Shown here piece by piece: positions 1 through 14,100 of a stretch of 64,000 nt of DNA (positions within the stretch are counted from its first letter, which is position 1; each line of letters starts with the position of its first letter). The DNA lies in the NCBI GenBank assembly GCA_951406725.2, contig OX597816.1:55614001-55678000 (forward strand), written 5' to 3'. A program made the translations under genes and the position numbers. The notes beneath the pieces were generated by a model, which was not told the DNA's origin, searched no databases, and saw nothing but the letters and a program-made list of their open reading frames with translations. The stretch comes from Octopus vulgaris. Taxonomy: Eukaryota.

Positions 1-262
1 GAAACGAAAATATGAATTTCCATTCTGTCTGTCTATACTCTCTCTCACATATTTTCTCTCCCCAACCCTCACTCTCACTTTCTCTCTCTCTCCCTCTCTC
101 ACTCTCTCTTCATATGTGTAATGGAACTTGCGTAGACACGTACACATGCTTCCAAATATACAATATAACAGTATTGTTTTTTATGTGTTTATCTGTCTCT
201 CTGTATTTACGTATGTCTGCACGTTTGTCATTTTGTTTGTTTGTCTGTCTGTACGTTCTTAC

Positions 263-600
263 GTATGTATGTATGTATGTATGTATGTATGTATGTATGT
301 ATGTATGTATGTATGTATGTATGTATGTATGTATGTATGTATGTATGTGTGTATGTATGTATGTATGTATGTATATATGTATGTCGCTATCTATCTATAT
401 TCATGTGTGTTCGTTTGATATTCTTCAGTCTTATTCCAAGATTTCTTACCAATAGAGAAGGAGCCGGTTTCTAACCTAGATTCAAGCTTCTCCGCTGGAA
501 TTTCAACACCAACAACGAGGGGGGTGTATGTATGTATGCATGCATGTATGTATGCATGTATGTATTGTATGTATGTATGTATGTATGTATACGTGCAGAT
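263..600. repeat. (TATG)n microsatellite tracts
   Basis: Direct tetranucleotide repeats at ~263-375 and ~526-590. Confidence 0.95.
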
Positions 601-1257
601 TTGTATGTTTTGTTTTATGTATGTATTATCATACATATAGTTGCATATCTAGACATGCTCATATATATTTAAATGATAAACTTCTGGAAAGAATTACATA
701 TATTTACAGTTCCAGTGATGGTTAGAATCTGTAAACTTCGAATCAGTTTCTTCTTTCCGGTTTTGAGAAGCCTAATTTCTCAAGATTGGTATTTAGGAAG
801 TGTGTTATATATCCCAGGCCCCCAATAATTGCAGGCAGAAGCCTGGACCTGTAATCTAGATAGAGCAACTGCAGTTTTCTCAATGTATGTGTGTGTATGT
901 GAGTGTGTGTACGCGTGCCTGTGACTTTAAGGATAACCACGTGATCGGTAAAAGTATTTCGTTAACTTATTATTCTTAATTTATTTTCATTTGAGAATGA
1001 CTTTCAGTTGTTTTGAAAAGAAAGAATTACAGAACAGAGGCCAAAAAACTATTTTACTACTTTAGCTTTTGGGTCTTTGTGAATATGTATCCTCTCCCCG
1101 AAAGATGAACAATTAGCTCCCCTGTCACCAATAATAACGATCACCGATTACCTCTCGCTAAATTTGTGTACTTGTTGAATAATTCATTCATAAACTTCTC
1201 ATCATATAACATGGAATAAAATCTTCTTAATAAAATAAGAAATTACAATGATAACAA

Positions 1258-1290
1258 TGTTATGATTAGCGTAAGCGAAACTAGTCGACA
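1258..1290 (+). ncRNA. Decayed minimal type I hammerhead ribozyme
   Basis: tgtt-ATGATTA-gc-gtaa-gc-GAAA-ctagTC-gaca. Stems I and II and the palindromic stem III (actagt) are present, but the core CTGATGA is mutated at two positions. Confidence 0.5.
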
Positions 1291-1390
1291 AACACAATAT
1301 GAAACATTAAAAATTATATTAAATCTATGAAAGTGTGTGCATTTTCCGTCTTTTATTTTATATATATATATTGCAGTTTATATATTTTTA

Positions 1391-1427
<37 letters not shown>

Positions 1428-1483
1428 ACTCACACACACATACACACAAACACACGCACACACGCACACACGAAAAGCGATAG

Positions 1484-1642
1484 GTTACTTTCAGTAGCTG
1501 TCTTCCAAATCCAGTCATAATCTACTCATAAGGATCTGGTCGACCCGAAGCTATAGTAGAAGATACCTTCTCAAGGTGTGCCACATTGAGACTGAACCCG
1601 AAACCATGTGGTTCGAGAGCAAACGTCTTACCACACAGCCAT
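1484..1642 (-). mobile_element. tRNA-derived SINE head (family B), degenerate
   Basis: Homologous to 32050-32211 and 45985-46139 (ggctgtgtggtaag..ggttcagt..ccttgagaagg..ctactatagc). Confidence 0.75.
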
Positions 1643-1787
1643 TATTCTTTTTTTTTTTCCTTCTTTCAAATTTGCTTCCATTTCTTGCCGAATGTCTTCC
1701 TGACTCCTAGGGCAAAGAAACTCATAGTATACATTGGTAGGCCATTAAACTAAACTCAATAGTTCGTTCATTTTTTTTTAAGTTAAA

Positions 1788-3392
1788 TTAAAATACATGG
1801 GTAGTAATAGTTCTCACATCGACAATGCTCTTCTCAATACGTGTGATGTACCAGTTAAGACAATCTTTTGCACTTCTTGCAGAGATCATTCTCATATAAT
1901 TTTCGGTTCCCTTCTTGATCATTCCTAGTGCTCCTATGATCACTGGTATTGTAACCACCTTGAGATGCCACATTTTCTCAATTTCAATGAGCAGGTCTTT
2001 ATATTTTCTGAGCTTGTCAAACTCTTTCGCCGAGATATTATGATCACAGGGGATGCTCATGTCGATCAATAAGCAAACTTTATTGTTTTGGTCTTTCACA
2101 ACAATATCTGGTTTATTGGCTTTGATGGTTCGGTCTGTATGTACTGGAAAGTCCCACAGAATCGTTACATTTTCTCCTTCAGTTACAGCTTCAGGGTGGT
2201 GATTATACCACTTGTCCGCAGTTTTGATATTGTAATGCCGACTTATTAGCCAGTGTAGATATTGGCCAACTCTGTCATGTCCTAATTTATACTCCGCTGG
2301 TGCTAATACTTTACATCCAGAGATTAGGTGGTCCACTGTTTCAATCATGTCGTTGCAGAATCGGCATTTTGGGTCTGCTCCATTTTTCATCACATTGTCC
2401 TGGTAGTTTCGGGTTAATAGGCTTTGATCTTGAGCAGCCAGGATGAAACCTTCGCTCTCTGCTTTTAGCTCTGAGCTCCGTAGCCACTGATGGGTTTGCT
2501 TCTGATCAACATCAGCTTGTTTGCTGCGGGCCACATATTTGCCGTGCAGAGGTTTCTCCTCCCACCTATCAGCCAATTGCTCGTGCGCTTTTTTCGTTGC
2601 CATTATTTTCACCTTCTTTGCAACAATAGTTGCCGTACTTCCCTCGGGTTGTTCAGTTTGGGTATCCTGCACGAGATCAATAGCAAATTTTTTGCTTTCC
2701 TTTATGATAGAATGAAGCTTCTTTCGTCTCTCGTGATTTTCCACGAGCTTTAGCATCCAGTCATTCGTTATTTCGAGATATTTGGCCAGTCCAATTGTGG
2801 TTGTTTTGTAAGCTAGTTCAAATTGGATCAGGCCTCGACCTCTTTGGGCTCTGGGAAGGTAAAGGCGATCTACGTCTGCCTTTGGGTGGTGCATCCTATT
2901 ATAACCCAGCAGCTTGCGTATTTTCCTATCTATATTCTTTACTTCACTCATATTCCAGTTCAACACATTGTAGCTATAAGTAACAACTGGAACTGCTAAG
3001 GAATTTATAGCTAACACCTTGTTACGTGCATTTAGTTCAGATTTCAGGACTGCACGAACTCTCCTATAACATTCCTTCCTGATCTTCTCTTTCATGATTG
3101 CTTGCTGAATACCAGAGCCTTCATTTATCCCTAAATATTTGTATGTTTGTTCTTGCTCAAGCTCTCTTATGACTGTGTCAACATCTAACACAACTGAATT
3201 TGTGGTCTTCACTTTCCCTTTCTGGAAAGTGGCCTTGGCACACTTCTCAAGTCCAAACTCCATCCCGATGTCCTCGCTGAATGCTTTTACAGTGTGCAAT
3301 AGGCCTTCGAGGTTATTATCATCTTTACCATAGAGTTTTAAGTCATCCATATAAAATAGATGGCTTTTTTTTATTGGCAATTTTATACCCAT
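1788..3392 (-). pseudogene. R4-like RT C-terminal half, CCHC zinc knuckle and RLE endonuclease
   Basis: 534 aa ORF with YMDD, YKYLG, LHG, CxxC..H..C and the PD-(D/E)xK-like KPDIVV..IDMSIP. The terminal frame is shifted by a short deletion near 1883. Confidence 0.92.
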
Positions 3393-4224
3393 GCCCTGTT
3401 CTGTTTAATTCACTTGTAAGGGGTATTAGGGCTATGCAGAATATTAAATGTGAAAGTGAGTCACCTTGAAAAATTCCACAGTTGATATTTATATTTGCTG
3501 AGGCAAGTACTCCATTAGAGTGGTATAAATAGAGATTCGTATTGCACAACGACATATTGTGCTTCAGGAAGCTTGAAATCACAGGGAAAATTTTGAAGAT
3601 GTCCAGCGATCTCAAGATCAATGGATGCGGTATACTGTCGAAGGCCTTTTTATAGTCAATCCATGCGGAGCTGAGATTTCTGCGCTTGTTGTGACAGTTC
3701 TCAAGGATCATACGATTAATTAGCAGTTGTTCTTTGCATCCGTATGAACCTCGGCGGCACCCTTTTTGTTCAATGGGGAAAATATCGTTCTTCTCCATGA
3801 ATGCATATATTTTCTCCACCAGGATAGATATTAGGATTGTATACGTGGTGGATAGACAGGTTATAGGCCGATAGATTTTTGGAAGGTTGGTTTCGTTATT
3901 CTTTGGGAGTAGGTAAGTAATACCACTTGCTAACCATTCAGGTGTTTTCTTTGGGTCTCTCATAATTCCATTGAGCAGCTGAACTAGCTTACCGTGTGCG
4001 CATGGGAGCGATGCGAGCCAGAAATTCGGCACCCTATCTTTACCGGGGGATTTCCAATTATGGGCCTTCATGAGTGCCTTTCTTAGGTCTGTTATTGTGA
4101 TGTCTTCCCATGCTTGTTGTAAATTTTGGTAGGATTCTTCTGTTTGTATAATCCAGTCTGCATTTATGTTGTATGTCTTCTTGTCACTCCAAATCCTTTT
4201 CCAAAAGTTTTGAACTTCTTCCAT
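3343..4224 (-). pseudogene. R4-like reverse transcriptase, N-terminal half
   Basis: 293 aa ORF with RT motifs NWKSPGKD, YRPITCLST, IDYKKAFDSI, GIFQGDSLS. Frameshift in an A-run at ~3365-3373. Confidence 0.92.
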
Positions 4225-4259
4225 GGGAGGGGGGTCTTTAACGGTTACTTTCTCCTTCC

Positions 4260-5339
4260 CTATTTCTCTGTAGAAGTTTTTGGCATTGGATGTGAACAGC
4301 TTATTTTGCTTGTAAATTTGTTTCTCTTCTCAAATCTTCGTATTCTTTGGGATTTTGCTTGGACTCTTTGTTTCAGCGTTTCTTTTATTGATATCAGTTC
4401 TTCTCTTGGTGAGAATCCAAATTTTCTCTTCATCTTTCTTCCTGTTCTGGATCTTACATCATTTCCACATATTAGTTCATTTAATATTGATATTTCCCCT
4501 CTCATAAATTCAATCTCTTTTTCAATTTTACTTCTCCAGGTTTGATTTCTTCCCAGGTTTGGTTTTCTTTGTTTTTTCGGGGGCATACAGCTGGTTTCAA
4601 TTGCCCTAGCAGAAGCGTAAATAATTTCATTTAACTCAGTAAAATCAGGTTTTAATTCTTGTATTATTTCATTTGTTACATAGTTGCCAATTTGGATTTG
4701 TTTTTTATTTTGGTTTGTATTTGAGAGTTTATGAAGCGGTTCTCTATCATTCATACTTGTATGTCTTACAACTTCATGCGTATTCAGGATTTTCTGCCTC
4801 ATTTCTGCCATAGACTCTCTGTGTTCTTCAGCAAATGCGAGATCTTCAGTTACTGTTGTTTTATCATCTTCCTGGCTATCTTTAACAGGTTCAATAGAAT
4901 TTCTTGTATCTTCAGGCCTTTGCGTACTTTGGTCAGATGGCAGTCTTTCAATTAAGCCTCGTGGCGGGCTATACAGTTCATCTGATTCTTCATTTCCTTT
5001 GTGTCTTATATTTATGTCATTTTCCGTTGCGTGCTTGATCGCGCTTATTTCACTGTATGTGAGTCGGTTATTTCTAAAGATATCCCTCCTCACATTTGCC
5101 AATTTGTTCTCGTCCAAATAGGGCCTACTGTCTTGATTCCGTGTTCTCCATATACTATAAGAGTTTGCGGTGTGTCTCTCTTGAGATGGCCTACCTAATG
5201 CATAGTAATAAACGTATATTACTTCTTTATACTCTTCTCGGGTCCATTTGTTCCGCTTACATTTTTCTTTCTGTGGTGGTTGTGGTGGTGAACTTGGAGG
5301 GCTCGAGTTGGGGAATTTCCCGTTGAAGTGACCATCCAT
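4260..5339 (-). pseudogene. R4-like polyprotein, N-terminal segment (Myb-like DNA-binding region)
   Basis: 359 aa ORF with KWTREEYKEVIYVYYYA and LNEIIYASA..WRSKIEKEI. Frame is lost near 4315, where one T appears to be missing. Confidence 0.85.
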
Positions 5340-5579
5340 GTCCGTATTCGGAGAAGAGTTTGTGCCAGTTGATGACTTTTCGATCCCAGGGGGGGACGCG
5401 CTTCCAGATTAACCATAGGACAAGCGATTTGGTATACTGTTTTAGTTTTTCTTTTAGTTTCCAAAAACATTTTGGTGCTACGATAATGTTATCATTTTTT
5501 AGCTTTGATTGGCTCGTTGGGAGACGGCCATCATTGCCGTTACAATTATAATCCTACCACTATAGCAGCCGTAGTCGGC

Positions 5580-6880
<1,301 letters not shown>

Positions 6881-7421
6881 CTTTGACAAGAAAGGTACAC
6901 ACAACGAACAGCTCTCCAAAACTTTGTACCCGATTTGTGATGATTTTTGTTTAGAATATTTTGGCACATGTAGAAGAAGCTAACTGCTTCTTTTCGGTGA
7001 GGTATTTCGTTTTGCTTGTCTTATTGGCAATGGGGAATTGTTTGGCTTAAAAGTTGTTTTCCAATGTTGTTTGTTTTTCTTGGAGAAAAAAAATGGACGT
7101 TTGTGCAGAAATAATAATATTCGTCGGGAATGTAACACGCATGAAATGTAAAAGTGTGTAAATGAGAAAGAGAGGAAGGAAAGCGGAATTACGAAAGTGC
7201 CAAGAGACTGTGTTGGAAGAAATGTTGCTGTGGTAACAACAACAATACTAGGAGATGTCAGACAGGAAAAGAATTAGTTTCGGCTGCTCCTGATTCGGAA
7301 GCAGTAGTCAGTTATAACGACCACAATAATAACAACAACAACGACAAAGCGACGTAGACTTCGTCTGCGGCTGGAGTCAATAATGAGGGGATTAAACAGT
7401 CACTTGATCTCAGCAAAGAAA

Positions 7422-7812
7422 CAACACACACACACACACACACATCAGACACCCATACACACCACACACACACATATACACACATATGCACACACATACA
7501 CACATCACACACACACACACACACACATACACACACACAAACACATACACACACACCACACGCACATATACACATACACACACCACACACACAGCACACA
7601 CACATACACACATATACACATACACACACCAGACACATCACACACACACATACACACGCATACACATACACACACCACATACACATACACACACCACACA
7701 CACATATACATACACTCACACACACACACACCACACACACCACACACACATACACACACCACACACACATACACATACACACACAGAGACACACCACACA
7801 CACACGTACACA
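7422..7812. repeat. Degenerate (CA)n tract
   Basis: About 390 bp of interrupted CA repeats. Confidence 0.95.
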
Positions 7813-7879
7813 TATCCATCCATCTTCACCTCTCACTTTTCCTGTGAGGTTCCTCAGGTACGTTTTCGATAAGATTCTA

Positions 7880-8850
7880 TTGGAATCAACCGTCATTAGA
7901 TTTTCTGAGTGCATACTTAAGTCTGACGAACTGAGAAAATGGAAATTATCCAACCACTTTGTTCTTGGTCTACACCGCGGATTCATCGGCTGAAGAATGC
8001 TGTTGCGATTCCTTCCTGCGCCACTCTGCTCACATGTTCGTTGTATCATATGATAGAGACACCATGAGCTTCGAGCTATGACCCTGTCGTGTGTGACGTT
8101 CCTACAAAAGCCCTTCGGAAATTATCCATTTCGGTCATTCGTGCTTGCAATCGTAATCTATTCGTCATTACTCAGCATTCTTAACCAAAGGCACAAAAGC
8201 AGAATTAAAGACAGCAATTTTGCTTTTTTTTTTTGTTTTTTACCAGTTTTTCCTGCTCTGAAGTTCAAATACTGGAAATGATGCATTACTGTGTCCGCAA
8301 CTGCAATCCTAGCATCCATTTCTGCTTCATGCCTTCTGTCACTCGTGAATATGGCACTGAAATACTTAAACTTTTCTACTAATCTCAGAGGCTGAAGTCT
8401 TAAAGGCGGGTAAATCATTCAAACGTGGCAAGGACATTGGAAAGGATGGACTTCAAATTAAGACGTTGAAATTCCCAAACAGACAAGGTATTCTCCGGCT
8501 GGGTCAAGAATGCTATGTGGCTGCGACCACAGGAGAGTAAAGGCAATGCGTAGTAATGATGTCAATTTTAGAAATGGAGACAAGAGAGAATGCTTCAATC
8601 ATGAATTGATCTCTTCGTTGACCGTCTATGGTCAAGCCTACGATCGGTGTCTGCAAAAGCCAAATAGGGTAATAGTCGAGAGTAGGCCGGCCAAAGAACA
8701 TTGTGGCTTTGACTGGATATTCAATCGATGGCAGATCTTCGGGAAATCGTGGAATATTACGAAGACGTGTACCACTGTTTTGTAGACCGCGTACCGTGAC
8801 ACACGCTGTGGAGGTTTTTGCACAAGTTTGGGATTTATGGACAACGTCTG
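7880..8850 (-). mobile_element. Decayed RTE/RTE-X LINE RT fragment
   Basis: LRLVEKFKYFSAIFTSDRRHEAEMDARIAVA resembles the RTE-X thumb region (VEKFKYLG.FTSDG..E.D.RI..A). FVIFHDFPKICHRL is a decayed FxDxxKAYD motif. Confidence 0.7.
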
Positions 8851-9080
8851 GTTACCGTGAAGCCCCTACAAAATAGCCAGATGTTTGTAGTTTGAAATAT
8901 TATAACGTGGATGTTGGACATTGAGAGGAGTGAGTATTGTGATCCCTTTTCATAACGTATACGAACTGGATAGCATGCATAGCCGTTGTGAAAACTGAGA
9001 CATTGATCCTCCAAACGCACATATATACAAAAACACACTCACACACACAAACATAAAAACATGTATTCATATATATATGC

Positions 9081-9163
<83 letters not shown>

Positions 9164-9930
9164 CGGCAAATAAGGAAGTGGAGAGGATAGAAAATCGACA
9201 ATCGGTAAACATTCCAGTATGTCTAATTATTCCAATGTATTAAATGAATACATACACATATGTCCTTTCTTCTTGTCTTAAAACACCATTCACTCGGGAT
9301 GACAAATTCATATGACACCGCAAAAATTTGTTGTTGACAAAGATCCGGAGTAATTGTATTCACCTCAATAGTCGTCATTGATTGGTTGAAATTACCAAAA
9401 TGCAAGAAATTAAACAACAAATAGCTTACAAACTACAGAATTTTCTCAAGAAAGCCAAGAGAAAAAGATGTTTTATGTAACACATTCTACCAGGATACGA
9501 AGTTTAAGAGTGCTTAGTTACAAAGAAATTATTTTAAAAGTCTGCCGGTCAAAGCGAAATCATCTGTTTCCTATATATATGCATTTTTATATATTTATAT
9601 ATTTCTTTATATATTTATATATTTATTATTCTAGATGTTATAATGTTAAAATATGTTTTTAGTCGCTAATGTATTTATTAATTATTAATTTTTAATCGCA
9701 TTAGACTGTACTCATACATTTCTCTTATATTTTTGTATAAATGAATTATGTTTAATCTTCTGTGATTTTATGCATCTATATTCTATGTGTAAGAAAAAGC
9801 ATTATGTGATTAAATGTTCGAGATGTGATATGTTACGTGGATGACCTTATATTTGTTTGTTCTCATTTATTTGAGCACATCTATAGCAGTCCTATTAAAC
9901 ATTCCTGATAAGATACAATCACTTTATTAT

Positions 9931-9962
<32 letters not shown>

Positions 9963-9967
<5 letters not shown>

Positions 9968-11330
9968 GCTCCTTCCACTATCCATTACCTCATCTCCTAC
10001 TGCCGTCTCCCTCCCCACCGCTTCCAACCTCATTGTCCGCACCCCTACTATTTACTTCCTCTACAAAATCCACAAACCTAACAACCCTGTTCGCCCCATC
10101 GTTTTCGCCTGCAACTGCCGCACCGAACTCATCTCCAGATATCTTGACCGTGCCCTTGCCCCTAGTGACTTCCCTCCCTCTCACATCCATAACACCAACC
10201 ACGCGCTTCGATTTTTGAACTTTTTCTCCTTCCCTCCTGGCTCATCTAAACTTTTCTTCACTGACATCTTGAGCCTCTACACGGTGATCCTTCACCATGA
10301 GGGGCTGAATGCACTCCAACATATCCGTGACCCTCGACCCAACCCCCAACCCGACACATCCACACTCGTTCGTCTGACCGAACTTTTCCTCTCACTCAAC
10401 TGCTTCTCATTCGCTGGTGATTTTTACCAGCAAAGCTCGGGAGTGACCATGGGAACGAGAATGGGCCCCAACTATGCGAAGCTGTTTGTTGCCTACATTG
10501 AGGTCCAAATATTCTGAAGTTTCACTGGTCACACTCCCGAACTATACGGGTGTTATATTGACGATTGTATCGGTGCGACCTCACTCTCCCGCGAACATCT
10601 AGACTCCTTCTTCTCTTTTGTCAATTCTTTCCATCCTGCCTCCACTTCTGCACTATCTCTGACACCTCTGTCTCCTTTCTTGATATTTCGGTCAGCAATC
10701 ATCACCCGTCTACGCAGGCTCTATAGTAACGACCATAACTTTGAGACTCAGTCCAATTCATGGCTCGCCACTTCATCCTATGTGGATATCTCCTCACCAC
10801 TATCCACACCTCCCTTGCCAGAGTACTTCCGTGGATCGTGAATCTGCTCTCTACCCCCGCACCCATCCCACCGTCTCTCGTCTCCTGTTTCCCTTCACCT
10901 ACCACCCCACTACACTACCTCTCCAACGCACCATTCTCCGAGCCTTCCGGCGACTCCAGTTCGACCCCCTCCATTTCGCATGTAATCCCTAACCGACCCG
11001 TCCCCTCCTTCAAATGAGCCCACAACCTACGAGACCTCTTGGTCCACAGCTTCTTCCCTAACCAAACCTCCAAATCCGGTTCGTTCCCCTTCTCCCGCAC
11101 AATCTGCTGCACTTACCCTTACCTATCCAACACCACTCTTCTCACCGGTACCCATCATCGACCCTATCCCATCACCGACGCCTTCACCTGCACCTCTACC
11201 AATGTCATCTACTGCATCTCCTGTTCTCTCTGTCCTTCTCTATACATCGAGCTAACGGGACGCCGCTTGGCTGACCGGTTCGCGGAACACCTCTGAGACA
11301 TCCGACACGGCAGTGACACTGTTACAGTTT
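9963..11330 (+). mobile_element. Penelope-like element (RT + GIY-YIG endonuclease), decayed
   Basis: YFLYKIHKPNNPVRPIV, FTDILSLYTVI, FYQQSSGVTMGTRMGPNYAKLFV, YIDD at ~10554-10565, then FTCTSTNVIYCISCSLCPSLYIELTGRRLADRFAEHL. Contains stops and frameshifts. Starts right after a (TA)n tract. Confidence 0.93.
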
Positions 11331-11339
11331 CCTTCATGT

Positions 11340-12290
11340 ATTCCAACTCCAATATCATCCCAGAGCAATGGCTGTTATTACATAATTTTCTACTGAGAAA
11401 CATCTTTGTCGAAGAGTCTAGGGGTTAAGTTACTTGCACAATTACTAGTCTTCCTACACACAAAAGTACTTAGGATTTCATAACAGAGTGGACCACTCCA
11501 AATGAAATTATTCTGATTGTCTATAGTACAGGACAACGACCATTAAGGTATTACATAACGCACTATGCCAGTAGCATATTATGTCGTTATGCGGTCCAAT
11601 TAGTCTGCGGCATGCTGTGTCAGTTGGTGTCACAATGGGTCAGTCTGCGGGACATAGTTTCTATTTTTTTTTAATCTGAGACTTTAAAATCACATCAACC
11701 GGAAGTTATTTAGCATAAACTAAATTCGTCCGTCAGTATTGCTAATCTGTTGCAGTTTTCTGTCATAATCCGAGTGGTTCACGTGCATTTGAATTGTTTC
11801 CGAATTATCACTTGCCAGGTGTTTTTATGAGCAGACTTTGCCCGTTTTTTTTTCTTTCTGCCCAGATGACACTGTAAATAGGAAGCAGAGTGACTGGTAG
11901 GTACCTCTTTCGACGTACAAGGAGCTGTGATTTCTTCAATTGTAATATCATCAGTTCAATTTCAACATCTTCTGTTGTCCTGGTTTTTGGACTATATTTA
12001 GCTTTTTGGATACTTTTAGTGACCTGTCACAAATTGCAAACATTAAACTGATTTTGTAAGTGATAAAATTCTTATAACCGGATTGAATTTAATTTAACAA
12101 GTGACTGTTGGTAACTTCCTTACTTCATTTTTCCTGCAGTATGTTGCTATGTTGATTCTTTTCTATATGGTTATTGATAATGATTCCATGGCTGATTTTG
12201 GAATTCTAAATTATATGCTTTTTGATGAGCAATTTTGTCCAGTTTTGCTTCGTGTTCAATATTGTAAAGTGCTGTAATGGTTCCTTAATA
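11340..12290 (-). mobile_element. Highly decayed R4-like LINE fragment (pre-RT region)
   Basis: Only weak peptide echoes of the R4 N-terminal/RT-start region. No intact frame. Confidence 0.3.
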
Positions 12291-12294
12291 TGAA

Positions 12295-12660
12295 ATGCTG
12301 GCATCAGCGGAAGAAAAGAACGAGAGAGTCGTAAGGAAGTATTCTGATTATATATAGATTGATATATTCGGAAAGGAAAGCATTAACGATGAAAATGCAG
12401 CCGAAATGTCTTGCGAAATACTTATTTCTCTTCATTATATAAAAACGCATTTCGGTAAGGTGATGTTAAATACTATTTTTAAATGGATTTTGGAGACTCG
12501 ACTACACTTATAAAGTATTTTAGAAACCGACATCTAAAATATGCAGCGACATTTCGGCGGAATTTGCGCCTTTCCTTTTTTCTAATCTACTTAGTAGATC
12601 TGTATATAATCAATATATCTTTCCTATGATTATCTTTGCCTATTTTCTACTGATGACATC
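12295..12660. mobile_element. Old MITE-like fold-back element
   Basis: Matching inverted segments: catcagcggaa/ttctactgatg, tgattatatatagat/atctgtatataatca, gccgaaatgtc/gacatttcggc. Confidence 0.55.
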
Positions 12661-12945
12661 ACACATATTTTAAAATTCTAACTGTCAGAAACACGAATTG
12701 ATGTCCAGAGAATATTGAGATATGCACGCACTTATTTCAATTAATTTCACATGGGTAGCAAAAGGATACGCGGAGTAGATGAAACAGTGACAACTGAAGA
12801 AGTGGAATATTCTTTATGTTGTATGTCTCGTTTCTCTTTTTTTTTTTTCGTTGTTCGAAAAAACGTTCATCTATATGTTTTTGTCTTTATATTTTCGTTT
12901 CTCATTGTGTTCAACGTCTTTTTGATGTCCTGTACCCATATATGC

Positions 12946-12976
<31 letters not shown>

Positions 12977-13003
12977 GGTATTATATAGCATATATTTATA
13001 TAG

Positions 13004-13038
<35 letters not shown>

Positions 13039-13042
13039 GATA

Positions 13043-13108
<66 letters not shown>

Positions 13109-13183
13109 CATAATGTGACCGCGTGTGTACAGTTGGCGATTTTTTCCTCCGTCCTCCCTTCCTTGGATCTCTCCTTTTCCTAT

Positions 13184-13218
13184 GTTTCTGACGAAGAGCT
13201 CCGCTCGAAACGTTGAAT
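13184..13218 (+). ncRNA. Minimal type I hammerhead ribozyme
   Basis: gttt-CTGACGA-a-gagc-tcc-gctc-GAAA-cgTT-gaat. Intact core, 4-bp stem II, palindromic ACGT stem III, weak stem I with G-U pairs. Sits in a ~200 bp unit flanked by (TA)n on both sides. Confidence 0.78.
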
Positions 13219-13339
13219 CCACCTTCTTTCTTTCCTTTCCTGAGCGTCCAATACTTGTTCCACGTCCTCGCGTTGTTGTGTTTTCTCGTTGTGTTTTCAT
13301 GTTTGGATTAACTATATATATATATATATATATATATAC

Positions 13340-13420
13340 ATTCCATAAACAACCTTGCCCGAACTTGTGCCCAGGAGGGTAATTATCTAGATGCAATCCC
13401 TGACCGAAGGGGTCTCCGAC
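13340..13420 (-). repeat. Interspersed repeat fragment, homologous to 48468-48595
   Basis: Shared ccccttcggtca..gcacctaga..ttaccc..cgggcaaggttgtttatggaa. Confidence 0.7.
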
Positions 13421-13499
13421 TCCGACTCCGATATTTCTATATATATCTATGTATATATGATAAATGTTAATAACATCTATAAGGAGGTACTTTTTCCAT

Positions 13500-14100
13500 T
13501 CACCAAAATGAATGTACCCTTAGCCACGAGGAATTGATGTCATCAGATGGTATCCTACGTTCGTCGGGTGTTTCGACTCTGAACCGTAGCACCCTCTCAT
13601 AGGTGGGTGAGCAGCGGTGGCCAAGTCACTGCTCTTCATCTCGTCCTGGTATCCAGCTTATCTCCTCTCTTGGTCCAAAGCCAGCAACAGGCCCTTTCAG
13701 CTGCCTCTCCCATCCTGCGCACAGTAACCCTTCGCTCCTTACTTCTCATTCTAATGGCTGTAAGAATCTTCCATGCCGACTAAGTAGAGAATTGCCTACA
13801 TCCAACCTCTCTGCGGAAAGCCATACCTGCCATCTCTTCTCCCTGAAATCCTGCAGAAAGCTTCCATATCTGGCACGCCTCCGTTCATGGGACTCATCCC
13901 ACTCCCTCTTCCCACGGGACTGTGAGTTCAATTACGATAATTTTCTTGGCCTCTTCAGACCACAGGACAACATTTGGCTTCAGGCTTGTATGGACAACTA
14001 GAGTATATTGCAATCTCTCCGCTAGGTCCATTTTAATATCCCATGGTTGAAATCCATGCATGTATTTTTCTTTTGCTGACTTTACTGGCCTCTCTCCCTC
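13500..14100 (-). mobile_element. 3' end of a HERO-like RLE non-LTR retrotransposon
   Basis: TSLKPNVVLWSEEAKKIIVIELTVPWEE, then ERRRARY..W and EVGCR in shifted frames, matching the HERO-type RLE domain (LRPDIVLWS..IELTVPWEE..ERK..KY..EVGCRGF). Confidence 0.85.

Larger units (their letters stand above)
1643..5550 (-). mobile_element. Near full-length R4/Dong-clade non-LTR retrotransposon (RT + restriction-like endonuclease)
   Basis: Three consecutive minus-strand ORFs form one polyprotein: N-terminal Myb-like KWTREEYKEV; RT motifs KSPGKD, YRPITCL, EQKGC, WIDYKKAFDS, GIFQGDSLS, HLFYMDD, YKYLG; CCHC knuckle CRFC..ETVDHLISGC; RLE KPDIVV..LIDMS..K..KY. A-rich 3' tail near 1645-1660. (TTA)/(TCA) repeats lie beyond the 5' end. 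Boundaries approximate. Confidence 0.93.

Noticed and set aside
12-725. ORFs rich in MYVC/YI/HT/LLL/III repeats here and throughout the window
   Set aside because: They are translations of (TATG)n, (TA)n, (CA)n and (TTA)n microsatellites, not genes.
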